NCBI RefSeq assembly: GCF_963921235.1
Contig: NC_086097.1
Coordinates: 58,468,001-58,528,000 of the forward strand
From: Mobula hypostoma
Taxonomy: Eukaryota
Direction of reading: 5' to 3'
DNA: 60,000 nucleotides
Part shown: in pieces, positions 26,577 to 40,376 of the stretch
Position numbering within the stretch: position 1 is the stretch's first letter
Layout: every line of letters begins with the position of its first letter
The notes under the pieces: generated by a model
The model's input: the letters and a program-made list of their open reading frames with translations, nothing else
Database searches by the model: none
Told to the model about the DNA's origin: nothing
Program-made: the position numbers and the translations under genes

Positions 26577-28128
26577 CATTACTGTGCAAAAGTCTTAGGC
26601 ACCCTAGATTTATAATATAAATTTTGTTTCAGATGTTTAATTTCTGTCTTCTGCATTAGTGTGTCAGTAGAAAAGAGCAAATTTTAGTTTTCTTTACATT
26701 CATTTACCAAAAAATTAAATGCTACTGAGAACTTTTTGTATTTCATTAAAGTAAGTAACATATTAAGTAATACACCCCTTTTCAAATAAAATCTTGATTA
26801 CTTTGTAGATCTGTAGCCCAGTGCATGATTAAACAAAGATAACAAACAGATGTAAATGATCAATGACATAATGAGTTAAATGAACTAAAATGATTAACTG
26901 AAACAGAAATGGCTGTAGAAATAATCAAACTGGCTGAACGGCACCAAACTAAAAGATGAGGGTGTGGCAGGTGTGACAGTTTAACATTCAAATCATCAAA
27001 TCTTACACCATGGCAAGAGTGAGCACAGCAACAAGATACAAGATAGTTATCCTGCATCAGCAAGGTCTCTCCCGAACAGAAGTTTTGTGGCAGACAGGAG
27101 TTTCAAGATGTTCTATCCATGCTCTTCTGCAAAAGCACAAAGAAACAGTCAAAGTTGAAGACCAGAAATGCAGTGGTTGGCTGGGGAAACTGAGTGCAGC
27201 AGACCAGAGGTAAATCAAGCTGATGTCCCTTCTTATTCGGAAGAAGTCCAGCACTGTTATCAGCTCTGAACTCTCAAAAACCACTGGAACCCAAGTATAC
27301 CCCTCCAGAGTCCAGAGCAGTCTTGTCGTAAGTGGTCTTCATGGAAAAGTTGCTGCCAAAAAGCCATTCCTCCAACATGGAAACAGTGCTAAGAGACTCC
27401 CTTGCGTACAGAAACACAAGGACAGGGGTGCTGAACAATAGCAGCAAGTGCTCCGGACTGATGAGTCAAAATTTGAAATTTTTGGCTCAAACAAGAGGCG
27501 GTTTGTCCAAAGAAGAACGGAAGAGCACTACATGGATAATTGTCTGCAGCCAACAGTGAAGCATGGCAGAGGGGCTGAATTTCTGCAGTTGGAGTTGGTG
27601 CTCTGGTCAGAATTAATGGTGAGAAGTATAAGCAGAGTCTCATTTGTCATGCTATAGCATCAGGGAGGCGTCAATCGGTCCTAATTTTATTCTGCTGCCG
27701 GACAGTGACCCCAAACGCACAGCCAAGATCATAGAGAACTATTTTCACCAAAAAGAAGAACAAGGAGTTCTGCAACAGATGGTATGGCCTCTACAGAGCC
27801 CTGACCTTAACATCATCAAGGCTGTCTGGAATTACCTGGCAAGAGAGAGAGCTATGTTCTGCAGAAGAAATGTGGCAAGTCCTCCAAGGTGCTTGGAAGA
27901 ACCTATCAGCTGATTTTCTTTAAAACTGCACAGCAGTCTACCCAAGAGAATTGATGCAGTTTTAAAGGGTGGTCACACCAAATATTGATTTGATTTAGTT
28001 TTTTTACTGTTCACTGCTCTTTGTCATAAATTTTTTGACATTCAGAAACTTTTCATTCAATTATTTTCGAAAACATCTTCACTTCACAGAATTATCTTAC
28101 ATGTACCTAAGACTTCTGCACAGTACTG
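26577..28128 (+). mobile_element. Full-length but decayed Tc1 transposon (second family, short TIRs)
   Basis: TA TSD; TIR CATTACTGTGCAAAAGTCTTAGG / CCTAAGACTTCTGCACAGTACTG; transposase from 27010 with TDESKFEIFG, DSDPKRT, QSPDLNII; several stops and frameshifts. Confidence 0.9.
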
Positions 28129-28320
28129 TATATCCACACTGCAGAAGTGAATATATATTAAGGTCCCAGGTGTTAAAATGTCATCATTGGAAAGGAAATG
28201 CACAACTATACGGAAATGATTCAAACTGAATGCTTAGATCTTCTAGGAATTTTATTTTAACAAAATTGCTGACAAGAGCTGGGATGTCAAGTTTACACAG
28301 TGTGACTTTATTTTTATTAG

Positions 28321-28409
28321 AATTCCTCACTATCAGCAGAGATTACAGTCACTGTATTTCAAGAAGAAATTTGCCGAAAGAGTGGCTGAAGTTAAGCCTA
28401 AAGTTGAAG
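28321..28409 (+). CDS. DAAM1: DAAM1 FH2 exon
   Basis: ttag|A...G|gtacaa; [29 protein letters not shown]. Confidence 0.96.
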
Positions 28410-28975
28410 GTACAACTTTTCTCATCAGACTGTCTTGTTATTCAGTGGTTTTTGTCCATTATTGTATTCATAATGCTTGCTTCAACAGAAGGCTGTTGGT
28501 CATTTTTGTGTGGCCTATGACTTCTACAGGTTAGCGATATGCTTTTAACATAGACTGATGGTATAGCCATTCTTATTTTCCATTTGTAGTGACTAAAATT
28601 AAAGTGTATACCATTCAGGTATTAATTGTTAAACCACTGCCCTGGCTGTTTTTCATTAGTGTATGTAAAATATAGGTCATGTTATATGGGGGTCATAGAA
28701 TGTGTTTCATTTTTCAATTGTGATGTTAGCCATATACCCTCCCTTGCCCTGTGTCGTGTGGTCTTATTAAAATCAGGACACGTTATTTCTACTTGTCCTT
28801 CTGGGAAATATTTGTTATAAAAATACGTGCTCTACTTATGTGACACTGGCATATTTTATAGTGTAGAACCACGGGTCAAGTTTGAATAGAGTTATCTGAG
28901 CCAGTTTTATTTAAGGGTTTTAACATAAATAGAGTGCCCAGAATGCTAAACATAGCTCATCAGTTAATAACCAGT

Positions 28976-29293
28976 CAGGGGTGATTGATAAGTTCGTGGC
29001 CTAAGGTAGAAGGACATGAGTTATTAACTTCAAACTTTCTGCATAATCACTCAGAGTTGAACTGCATGTGCATGTAATGATAGCTGTATAACTCATCTCC
29101 TTCTACAGTAGGCCACGAACTTATCAATCATCCATGCTGTTGACACTATCTGGAGGTCCAAGATCTGTATGCTCCATGACTGCTGGACAAAGTGTGTGAA
29201 TGTAGGAGGGGACTATGTAGAAAAATAAATGTGCTAGGTTTTCTAAAATTGACTCCTTCTACCTTAGGCCACAAACTCATCAATCACCCCTTG
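28976..29293. mobile_element. Mariner-type MITE
   Basis: ~36-bp TIRs AGGGGTGATTGATAAGTTCGTGGCCTAAGGTAGAAGGA / TCCTTCTACCTTAGGCCACAAACTCATCAATCACCCCT. Confidence 0.8.
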
Positions 29294-29454
29294 TAGAACC
29301 GAACAGATCATCTTGTTTATTATGAAGCCTGGTGAATGGAGTGTCGGATCAAAAAATGTAGCTGGGAAAATTTGTCCCTTCATCTTGTGAAATTAATTTG
29401 CAGAATATTTTAATAGGAAGAATTTACATAAATGTACAGTTGTATATTGGAAAA

Positions 29455-32400
29455 CTAGTAAGAATAGAACATTAGCAGGGGGATGGGAACCAGAATAGAT
29501 GGTGGAAGGATTGTGAAAACAGAGGTTGGCAAGACCTTGGGTAAAGTCAGGAATGAAACAATTGAGCATAGTGCAAATAATGTCCTGAGCTGCATATATT
29601 TCAATGCAAGTATCGTAGGAAAGGCAAATGAGCTCATGACATGGATCAACACATGGAATTATGATATTGTAGCCATTAGTGAGACTTGGTTGCAGGAGGG
29701 CCAGGAGTAGCAGCTCAATATTCTGGGGTTCCGTTGTTTTGGATGTGACAGAGCAGGAGGGATTAAAGGAGGGATCGCTTTGCTAGTCAGGGAAAATGTC
29801 ACGGCAGTGCTCAGCCAGGATAGACTGGAGAACTCATCGAGTGAGGTGTTATGGGTGGAAATGAGAAATAAGAAAGGTATAATCATGTGAAGTAGACACG
29901 TGGCCAAGTGGTTAAGGCATTGGACTCGCGACCTGAAGGTTGTGAGTTCGAGCCCCAGCCGAGGGAACGTATTGTGTCCTTGAGCAAGGCACTTCATCAC
30001 ACATTGCTCTGCGACGACACTGGTGCAAAGCTGTATGGGTCCTACTGCCGTTCCCGTGGACAACATTGGTGTCGTGGAGAGAGGAGACTTGCAGCATGGG
30101 CAACTGCTGGTCTTCCATGCAACCTTGCCCAGGCCTGCGCCCTGGAGAGTGAAGACTTTCCAGGCGCAGATCCATGGTCTCGCAAGACTAACGGATGCCT
30201 TTAGTTTAGATCATGTGAATGGGGCTATATTACAGACCACTCAACAGTCAGAGGGATTTAGAGAAATTTGTAAGCGATTGCAGACTTTTGCAAGTAACGT
30301 AAGGCTGTTATAGTAGGTGATTTTAACTTTCCACATATTGAGTGTGACTCCCATACTGTAACAGGATAGAGTTGGTCAGATATATACAGGAAAGCTTCTT
30401 TAATCAGTACGTAGAAGTCCCAACAAGAGAGTGTGTGATACTTGATCTGCTACTAGGGAGTGAGACAGAAGTTTGTGTGGGGGAACACATTGCATCTAGT
30501 GATCATAATGCCATTAGTTTCAAAGTGAATATACAAAAAAGATGGGTCTGGTCTGCAGGTTGAGGTTCTAAATTGGAGAAAGGCCTATCTTGATGGTCTT
30601 AGGAAGGATCTGGCAAGTGGATTGGGACAGGCTGTTTTCAGGCAAAAGTGTACTTGGTAAGTGGGAGGCCTTCAAAAACGAAATTTTGGGAGTACAAACC
30701 TTAAAAGTTAAGGATAACAAGTGCAGGGAACCTTGGTTTTCAAGGGATATTGAAGCCCTAGCTAAGAAAAAAGGGTGTATGGAACATTTAGGCAGGTAGG
30801 AACAAATGAGATACTTCTGGATTATAAGGAATGCAAGGGAACACGTAAGAAAGACATCAGAAGGGCTAAAAGAAGGCATGAGGTTGCCCTAGCAGACATG
30901 AAGAAGGAGAATCCGAAGGGATTCTACAGATATGTTAAAAGAAAAATGATTGCAAAGGTAGGGGAGATCTTGAATGAAGTTTTTGCTTCTGTATTTATGC
31001 AGGAGAGGGACATAGAGTCTATAAAAGTGAGGCAAAGTGGCATCAACTTAATGGATCCTTTACAGATTACAGAGGAGGAGGTGTTTGTTGTCTTTAGGCA
31101 TATTAGGGTGGGTAAATCCCCAGGGTCTGACAAGGTGTTTTCTTGGATGAAGGCAGTGCAGAAATTGCCAGGGCCCTAGCAGACATATTTAGATCATCCC
31201 TAGTGAAAAGTGAGGACCAGAGGAATGGAGGATAGCGAATGTTGACCTGCCAGTGAATAAAGGCTCTGAAAATAAACCAGGGAATTATAGGTCGGTGAGT
31301 CTGATTTCAGTAGAAGGAAAGTTATTGAAAGCTATTCTAAGGAACCATATACATGAGTATTTGGATTGATGTGGACTGATTAAGGATAGTCAGCATGGCT
31401 TTGTGTTTGGTAGTTTATTTCTTGAGAAAGTTACCAGGAAAGTGATGAAGACAGGGCAGTGAATGTTGTCTACATGGACTTCAGCAAGGTATTTGACAAG
31501 GTTCTGCATGGGAGGTTGGTCAAGAAGGTTCAGTTGCTTGGCATTCAAGATGGGATTGTAAATTCTGTTAGACTTTGGCTTTGTGGGTGCAGCTGGAGAG
31601 TGGTAGTAGATGGTTGTCTCTCAGACTGGAGGCCTGTGACTAGTGGAGTACAGCAGGAATCGATGCTGGGTCCATTGTTGTTTGTCATCCATTTCAAGGT
31701 CTTGATGATACTGTGGGGTTAACTGGATCAGGAAATTTGCGGATGACACCACAATTGGGCGTACAGTTAGATTTCCTAGTGAAGAAGGCTCTCATGGCTT
31801 GCAGTGGGATGTGGACCAGGTGGAAAAATGGGCTGAAAAACGGCATATGGAACTTAATGCAGCCAAGTGCTAGGTGTTGCAGTTTGGTAGGACCAAGCAG
31901 GGTAGTTCTTACACCATGAACAATAGGGTACTGAGGAGTGCTGTTAAAAACAAAGGGATCTGGGAATGCAGGTACGTAATTCATTGAAGGTGACGTCACT
32001 GGTAAAGAAAGCTTTTGGCACATTGTCCTTCATAAGTCAAAGTATTGAGTACAGGAGACGAGTTATTATTTTGAAGTAGTATAAGATGTTGGTGAGGCTT
32101 AATTTGGAGTATTGTGTGTAGTTTTGGCCACCTGCCTATGGGAAAGATGTAAATGAAGTTGTAAGAGTAAATATAAAGTTTATGTGGTTGTTCCTGGGTT
32201 TAGAGGACTTGTGATGTAAGGAAATATTGAATATGTTAGGACTTTATTCCTTGGAGTGTAGAAGATGAGAAGAGATTTGATAGAGGTATACGAAATCATA
32301 ATGGGTATAGATAGGATAAATACAAGCAGGCTTTTTCCACTGAGATTTGGTGAGACTACAACCAGAAGTTATGGGTTAAATGTGAAAGGGGAGCATTAGA

Positions 32401-32630
32401 GGTCTTCTTCACTCAGGGTCGTGAGAGTGGAATGAGCTGCCAGCAAGAATGGTGCATGTGAGCTCAATTTCAACTTTAAAAAGAAGATTGAATAGGTACA
32501 TGGATGGTAGGGGTACGGAGGGTTATGGTCCCAGTGCAGGTCAATGAGAGTAGACAGTTGAAATGGTTTGGCACAGACTAGATGGGCTGGAGGGTCTGTT
32601 TCTATGCTGTATTTTTTCCTTGATTCTATT
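29455..32630 (+). mobile_element. Decayed CR1 LINE (ORF2 APE + RT + 3' UTR)
   Basis: CIYFNASIVGK..YDIVAISETWL, ILDLLLG, SDHNAI, VVYMDFSKVFDKV.H, VTSGVQQESMLGPLLF, KFADD. Confidence 0.88.
29892..30209 (+). mobile_element. tRNA-derived SINE inserted in the CR1
   Basis: A box TGGCCAAGTGG, B box GTTCGAGCC, TTTAG-repeat tail, 10-bp TSD ATCATGTGAA (29882-29891, 30210-30219). Confidence 0.88.
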
Positions 32631-32801
32631 TCACTGCTTTATTTATTTGAAGAAGCTTTAAAATAACCTAATGCCTGATTTCCATTTTGTTTTGTAATTT
32701 AAGTTGCCAAGCTCTTAGTTAATTTTAATGCATGGTATCTCAGTTGAGATATTGTGCATCGCATCTAATTCACCAACATGATTTTTTTCATCTTCTTCTA
32801 G

Positions 32802-32970
32802 CTATTCGTTTGAGCTCCAAGGAGGTTTTGCAAAGCAAAAATCTGATGCAGCTGTTGGAAGTGGTGTTAGCTTTTGGCAATTACATGAACAAAGGACAAA
32901 GAGGCAATGCTTCTGGTTTCAAACCCTCTAGTCTGAACAAGATTGCAGACACCAAGTCTAGTATTGAGAA
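32802..32970 (+). CDS. DAAM1: DAAM1 FH2 exon with GNYMN motif
   Basis: ctag|CT...AA|gtaagg; [56 protein letters not shown](K). Confidence 0.96.
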
Positions 32971-34359
32971 GTAAGGCATTGTCAACCCTGTGGTTTTTGA
33001 AATGAAATTATGTTGCTACTCTGTCAATTTTAAGACCAGTGTCGCTCCCTGTTCCTTTAACTAAACTGTATTCAAAGAATTTTCTCAGTCTGTTATGCTT
33101 ATTGAGACTATTATAGAGACTATTAAGAAAACTGAAGAAGAATGTAAGCAGCGACTGATGTTTATTTTCAAAACTTGGAGCGAGTTGTGCTCATGAGTCT
33201 AAAAAATCAGTAAAATAACTTCTTTAAGCCTCGTGAACTTTGTGGAAATGGACATTCAATTTGTGAAGTAATATTTTTGTGAAAACTTTTATTTTGGGAA
33301 TTCAATCACTGTTCTACCATGCTGTTAGGTTGCAGCTGATCTGCACTTTGTTTACCTGCCCTTGCCTCATTGAGTCTCTTGATTTTCTTGCCTAATAACA
33401 ATCTGTTATTGCACTTGACCCAACCTAGCTATGCCTGTAGAAAGTCTAAGCTCTACTGCATGTTTGCAGAATTTGTATCTAAAAGGCTTGGTGCTTTTAT
33501 CACCAAAAAAAAATTAATTCCACCCCCCCCCCCCCCAAGTTTTGAACTCAACCAAAAGATCGAGATTTTGTATTGATCCCATTAAATCCTTTGAACACTT
33601 TAAATATCATAACTCAGTCTAAAACTGAAAACATAAACCAAGGTCATGCATACACTCTTTAAGCACTGGTATAATTCTGGTAAATCTCTCGTACCTATTA
33701 TGGCAATATATTTCTCCTTAACGTTGGTGTCCACAACAATCCAAATAGGGTCTGAATGAGGATTTGAGACATATACTTCATAATGTTGATTTTTTTTTGT
33801 ACTTGTTCATGAGGTTTTAAAGATGTACATTTATGGACATCTTTCCATCCATTGGCCTTTTGTAACTCCTGCTTTTAAATGATGAAACATTGCACTTCTA
33901 TCATTCCTAATACAGAATCATTAGTCCATGTAGAAAATTTTAACAAATATATACTAATCTCGGTGACCTAAGTTGTACGCTTGCCATCTCCTCTCCTAAC
34001 CCTTTCAGCAAAATATTCCAAAAACTGTGTCTTCCTCTCTAGGTACATCTTGTCTCTTCAGCATGGTTGGAGGGAAATTTTCAAATTTTATACAAATTTA
34101 AATTTTGAACACCATGGCAACAGAAACTGATCATTGGAAGGAATAATGATTGTATTACATCTTTCTTCAATGCTGATTGGGAAAGAGTCAAGGAAGTGTA
34201 TCACCCATTTTGATGGCACAGATGGAAACCAAAAAGACTAGAAATACTCAGTAAATCAGGCAGTTTCAGATCAAAGAAACTGTCGGAACTGTACCATGCA
34301 TTGTTGATTTTTCTTGGTTGTACTTTTGATTAAAAACAATACTTTAATTTTTGTTCAAG

Positions 34360-34467
34360 GAATATTACTCTTTTGCACTATTTGATTACAATTTTGGAGA
34401 AGAAATTTCCAAAAGTGGTGAACATCCATGATGATTTACAGAAGGTTCCAGACGCAGCTAAAGTAAA
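34360..34467 (+). CDS. DAAM1: DAAM1 FH2 exon
   Basis: caag|G...AA|gtaagt; [35 protein letters not shown](N). Confidence 0.95.
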
Positions 34468-35495
34468 GTAAGTTTTTAATACTTGGTAAGAGTTCAGTGT
34501 TAAGATAGCCTTGTTTAATATTTCTTTGTGAGATTAAATAATTAACAAAATTCAGTGATGGTTCATACTAGTTCTTTTTCTCATTTGTGGTGTGAGTGTG
34601 AGTTACAGGTGTTGAGTGGGATTCGGTAAATCATTTCACTGTTATCCCTTAATGTAAGGCTGTTAATGGAAATGTAGTAGGTGTGGTGAAGGTAGAGCTC
34701 ACTTACACTGCTGTTAGGTAGAGAATTTTGCCCTAGGTACATTAAAGTGACGATGAAAGTTATCCGCGTTAGGATTGTATGTGATGTGGAGTTGATGTTT
34801 TTTTTTTGTACACCCTTTGCCCTTGTCATTCTGGGTGAATAGATTTAGGAGGTGCTGTCCAGGAAACTTAATGACTTGCTGTATGTCAGCCTATGGATAG
34901 TGCACACTTTATCTATACTGTATTAATAGTAGAGATGTTAAGTGTGTGCTAACCTTTTGAGTGTTGGTGCAGACTAGGCATTGACATGAAACATTGACCT
35001 TAAATGAATAGGGATTTATTACAGGAGTTTCCTCAAGAGCTCTGAAAGCACAGGTGGGGAAGTGGGGTTGGTATGGGGTAAAGACTATGTATAGCTTGGG
35101 TCATTTATCTTACTCTAACTTCATAAAGGCTGAAATAAATTTTGTCTCAGATCAATGACTTGTAGCATTTGGAGTTTTCAACTATTTCAGAGCCATTTTC
35201 CACTCCTTTGTGGTCTAGTTGATAATCTGAACATTCATTAGCTAATTAAAATATTAATTTGAGAAAATGAATAGATCTTAAAATTACAAGATAATCATAC
35301 ATTTTGACATTATCCTATAAGGAATCTGTCTTTCTCACCCCTGATGTTTCAGAATGTTGACCAAAAGTTTTACACTTGGAGAAGTGAGATTACTTGAAAC
35401 AAAAATGAGCTTAAAATTCATATTTGTGTTTACAATTGAAAAGTTATTCTCTTTAATGTGTGCCTTTAACAATGATGTGTGGTTTTGTTTTGCAG

Positions 35496-35556
35496 TTTGA
35501 TTGAGTTGGAAAAGGAATTCAGTAGTCTGAGAAGTGGTCTGAAGGCTGTGGAGAAT
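35496..35556 (+). CDS. DAAM1: DAAM1 FH2 exon
   Basis: tgcag|T...AAT|gtaagt; LIELEKEFSSLRSGLKAVEN. Confidence 0.95.
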
Positions 35557-36589
35557 GTAAGTATTTCCAGTGCTCTGTTTCTTTGTTAGATTGTTTTTTT
35601 TATTATTATATACTTAACGGAAGCATGGGTGGGAAGTCTTCACATTCATTAGTATTGACCCATTTCCCTTCGCATTAGACATGCTTCCTTCCTTCACTGC
35701 AAGTGCCTTTTCCTTTCCATATTGTGCATTTGAATTTACACTGGATCAGCCTGATTTTTCTATTAGATATACTGTATCTTTCCAATACGACTTTTAAAGT
35801 TGGTCCAGTTTTTGTATATTTGTACAAACCTTTTCTTGACCAGTACAGTGCTGTGGAAGAGAACATTATACTGTATGTGATCAGCATTTCACTTACAGGA
35901 AACGCATTAGTCACCTTCAATTTGCTATTATGTTCTCACTTGGCTTTCTTCTATAATTCTATCGTTACAGGCGTTTAAGAAGAGGAAAGCAAGTCACACA
36001 ATGATACTATTTAGGTTATTTTAAATACTCAGTTTTCTTTTTTACAACATTGAATTGCCTTAGTATTTTGAATTGTAGTGCAGTCTACCATTTAAAAAGG
36101 TATTTCTGAAAAGGAAGTTACTTTAGTTGATTAATTAAGGTATTTGCTATGTTTTGAGAGACATAAAGTTTAAAAAGTGTAGCATTTTCTTGATTCCTGT
36201 TCTCAGTGGATATGGAATATAATCAGTCATGTTTTAAAACTATGAAATGCATTACTCAATTTATTGAATTGAGCACAGTGTTATTTATAATAATATAGGA
36301 TTCATGCCCGAACATTTGAAGTGAATGCAGAATATTTGAAAACGATTGCTTACAAAAGAGCTGTTAAGGGATTATGAACAGCGTTTGCTTTGCACCTTGT
36401 GCACTTTGCTGACTGGGAGGAAAAGACAGGATTTCAGGAGGGGAAACATCTTGTACTGCTACTACTCGTCTTACATGCCATTTTCAGTGTTTTTGTAAAT
36501 CTGCTGTATTTGTAAGGTGATGATTTCAGCAACAGCTGTGGGCCAGAGTGGTGAGGTCACACAGGAAAGAAATGTTTAAATCGTAGTTA

Positions 36590-37280
36590 CTACAGATATG
36601 AGATTCTGCAGGTGTTACAAATCCAGAGCAACACATAGAAAATGCTGGAGGAATTCAGCGGGTCAGGCAGCATCTTTGGAAATGAATAAACAGTCAATTC
36701 TTCAGGACGAGACCCTTTATCAGGACTGGAAAGGAAGGAAGAAGTGCCAGCATATAAAGGTGGGGGAGGGGAAGGGGGTTAGCTAGAAGGTGAGAGGTGA
36801 AGCCAGGTGAGTAGGAAAGGTAAGTGGCTGGAGAAAGAGGAACCTGATGGGAGAGGAGAGTGGATCGTGGGAGAAAAGGAAGAAGGAGGGGCACCAGACA
36901 GAGATAGCTGATTGGCAGTTGAGGAGAAGAGTTAAGAGGCCAGAGTGGGGAATAGAAGAAGAGAGAGGGAAGGGAAAAAACTTCTGGAAGGAGAAATCGA
37001 CCTTTATACCATCAGGTTGAAGGCTACCTAGACCAAATATGAGGTGTGGCTCCTCCATCCTGAGAGTGACCTCACTGTGGCAAAAGTGAAGACCTTGGGC
37101 CAACATGTCGGAATGGGAATGGGGATAGGAATTAAAATGGTTGACCATTGCGAAATTCAGCTTTTGGTGGATGGAGTGGAAGTGCTCAACAAAGCAGTTC
37201 CCCCAGTTTATGTTGGGTCTGACCAATGTAGAGGATGCAACATCCGGACCACCAGACACAATAGATAACCCCAGCAGATT
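36590..37280 (-). mobile_element. Penelope 3' fragment with terminal repeat
   Basis: CFVEHF...NHFNSYPHSHSDM...RMEEPHLIFGLGSLQPDG; terminus homologous to 46164-46260. Confidence 0.82.
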
Positions 37281-37499
37281 TCTTTTCCCAAGTACGTCCA
37301 CGACACTTCAAATGCTCTGTATCTTCTCCACAACTTTCAATTCACTGACCCTGACTGCCTAATTTTAACCTTGAATGTCTAGCCCATATAAATTTCTGTC
37401 ACCCCATCAAGAAGGCCTTAAAGCTCTGCCCCCTCACCTCCCACCTCTTTTTTTTCCCCTCCCCTCTTCACCCCCACCCCTCGCTGATGGGAAATTAGT

Positions 37500-38170
37500 G
37501 AACATTGGCATTAATATTCAAAGGGAACTGGGTGTCTTTGTACACAGCTGAAAGTTAAAATGCAGGTGCAACAAACAATTAGAAGGCCAAGTAATTTGTT
37601 GACTTTTTTTTTGCAAAAGGATTTGAGTATGAGATGTTTTACTATAATTAGCTAGGGTTAGGTGAGACCACAACTGGAGTATTGTGTACAAATTTTGGTC
37701 AGTCTTACTAAAGAATGGGTATACTTGCTCTCAACAATATACAACAAATATTCTTTAGACTGAGGTGGCAGATCTGTCAAATGAGCAGAGGTTGAGTAGG
37801 CTAAGCCTGTGATTGCTAGATATTAGACAAATGAGAGATGACCACACTGAAATATGTTCATTTTTTTTTGAAGACGACAGGGTAGATAGCTAATGAGTCC
37901 TGAATATGGAGGTCTAATACTGGAAGCTAGGGTAGGACTGAAATAAGCTGAAATGTCTTCATGCTGGAGGGTCGTTAAAGCTGTGGAGACTTGCTCATTG
38001 ATTCCATTCAAAGTAGAGATTAATAGTTGTGGATTTTAAAAGAATCGAGGAGAAATGGGGACAGGGCAGGAAGCTGAAATTGACAGAGAAGAACAGCCAT
38101 GATCTTGTTGCCTGGTAAAATAAGCTTGTGGGTGTGAATGTTTCACTCATTCTTATTTCTTATGTTCTCA
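37500..38170 (+). mobile_element. Old CR1 3' fragment
   Basis: GTGAGACCACAACTGGAGTATTGTGTACAAATTTTGGTC (VRPQLEYCVQ) and TTCTTATGTTC tail. Confidence 0.7.
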
Positions 38171-38273
38171 TCAATGAGATGAACATTTTATATCTGTGAG
38201 GAGAGGAAAAATATTTAAATACTGTTTTTGTTGTTAAAACAATAGATTACTTTTAAAAAATTTTTTTTTTTAG

Positions 38274-38405
38274 GAGCTGGAATATCAGAAGTCACAACCT
38301 GCACAGCCTGGTGACAAGTTTGCCTCTGTAGTGAGTCAGTTTATTGCCGTTGCAAGTTTTAGCTTCTCTGAAGTGGAGGATCTTCTGTTGGAAGCTAAAG
38401 AACTG
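38274..38405 (+). CDS. DAAM1: DAAM1 FH2 exon
   Basis: tttag|GAG...CTG|gtaata; [44 protein letters not shown]. Confidence 0.96.
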
Positions 38406-40376
38406 GTAATAGCATCAACATTTCTATGTACTTTTGTGTTTGAGTTCTTTTTTGAGGGATAGCCATTCTTAGGTGGGCATGAGTGCATGTTCTTCTCTGG
38501 CTGTCTTTCCATGCGCTTTTCAGCACAGGTTTCTATGTGTGAGTGAACATCCTGTTCCTGCTCTGCATTGGCACGACTACAGGTGAATATTCAGTATTTC
38601 CCAACCGATTGTTGACTGTTCCCATTGCAGCATATCTGAGATCAAAGTGCAGAAGTCACATACCCTCTTACCCTACAGTGCCATGTTAAGTTCCAGCATG
38701 GATTACACTACACTGCCATTTTTGTTGTCAGATTTTAGAGTCAGCGATTTGGTAGCATAGTCAGTACCAATAAAATAATTTTCCATTTCCTGCTTCTGTA
38801 CTAAGGTAACTAAAACTGCTTTTCCTAGATGGTCTACATAGGAAAAAATGAATAATGTTTCATGTCAAAAATCTATGGCAATTCAGTAAAAGAACTGTTC
38901 AATGTAAAAAGAATAGTAATGCTTAAAAGTTACCCTTTATCATTTGAATTTTGCCTCCTTTGTCTTTATTGTTAAATTATATTTTGTTAGAAATTTGGTT
39001 GAATTTAACAGACTTTTATGTAATATGTCCAGCACCAACCAAAGAAAAATTAGCTCAGTAATGAATATTTTTGACTACCTAGTGTTTTTGGAATTTCTGT
39101 GGTCATACATACATTATTAAAATGATTAACTACTTGCCTGGTTCCAATGGTTAATAAAATGAATATGTTTACTTCAACCCATAAAAATAACTTACAGATG
39201 GAACTAATAGTGAAACACTATGATAACAAGTAAAGAGCTACATGAAAGGAACTTAGCAAATGAAATTCTTAACCAATAAAATATTTACAACAGTTTTATG
39301 ATCTAAAATAAATTGTTGGGCACTGCAGACTATTCTTTGTACAATGTTTTATTGGATTCTCACTAAGTTGAATGACGGAAGAGTACTAGGACCAGTGAGT
39401 GACACTGAAATTCAAAACAGAAAATAACTCACTCCACTTAGATTATACTTTAATTAATATCCAAGTCCTTTGTTAGCATTTGTGTTTATTGCTGTATATT
39501 TGCTGAATATCACAACTAGAAATCATATATGTGTGAGTTATTTTTATTGGATTAGGAATCAGAGTAAGTGCAGTCCCAGCTACTCTCAGATGATGCTGTT
39601 GTATCATAACTTAGATGATGGGTTACGATGAGGTACTTCCTTGAAAGTATAGGGGTCAGTGAAACCTTGGATAATGGAACCTGGCATCAGAGTAGGATTG
39701 GAGAAACATAACATTGACAGGAATGATGAAATCCCAGCAAAAGTTACCAAATTATGTGAGAAAGGAAAATGCATGCTATTGCAAAAATCTTACATTTAGT
39801 GTCTTGCAAAATTTTGTGCAAAAGAGGTTACTTACTGTAGATACCTTTAGAATTGAAAACCTCAAGGACAGTTTCTACCCTGCTCTTATAAGACTATTGA
39901 ACAGTTCCCTAGTACAAGATGTACTCTTGATCTCACAATTTAGCCCTTGCTGCTTACCTGCACTGGGACTTTTTCTGTACTGTTACACTTTGTTCTGCAT
40001 TCTGTTAACTGTTTTTACTTTGCTGTGCAACACACTGTGCAATAATTTGATCTATATGAACAATGTGCAATATAAGCTTTTCACTGTATCTCATACACAT
40101 GACAATAATATTCCAATTCCAAAAGTACATTCTAGCTTGGCATTCTGTACTTGCATGGGTGTTTCAGATTGCAGCTTATATATCTGAAACTGAACACTGT
40201 GAGAAATAAATAATTATAGTTTTGTCATAATTTTCCCATATGTATGATTAGAAATCAAAGTTAACAGTCCATTTTGAACATTTTTATCTGCTGGGATATG
40301 TTTTTTGTATAAATGCTTTTGTTATTTGTGTATTTACCTGTAAACCAAATTATCCGTCTCTTTTTCCACAAACCAG

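Noticed and set aside
29895..29970. tRNA gene
   Set aside because: The tRNA-like head continues into a SINE body and is flanked by a TSD
34463..34473. Alternative splice donor 5 nt upstream (GTAAA GTAAGT)
   Set aside because: It would shift the frame; the downstream GTAAGT is the consensus donor and keeps phase with the next exon
39714..40187. 157-aa ORF next to a DAAM1 exon
   Set aside because: It spans a decayed Rex/L2-type 3' tail and AT-rich intron with no recognisable domain
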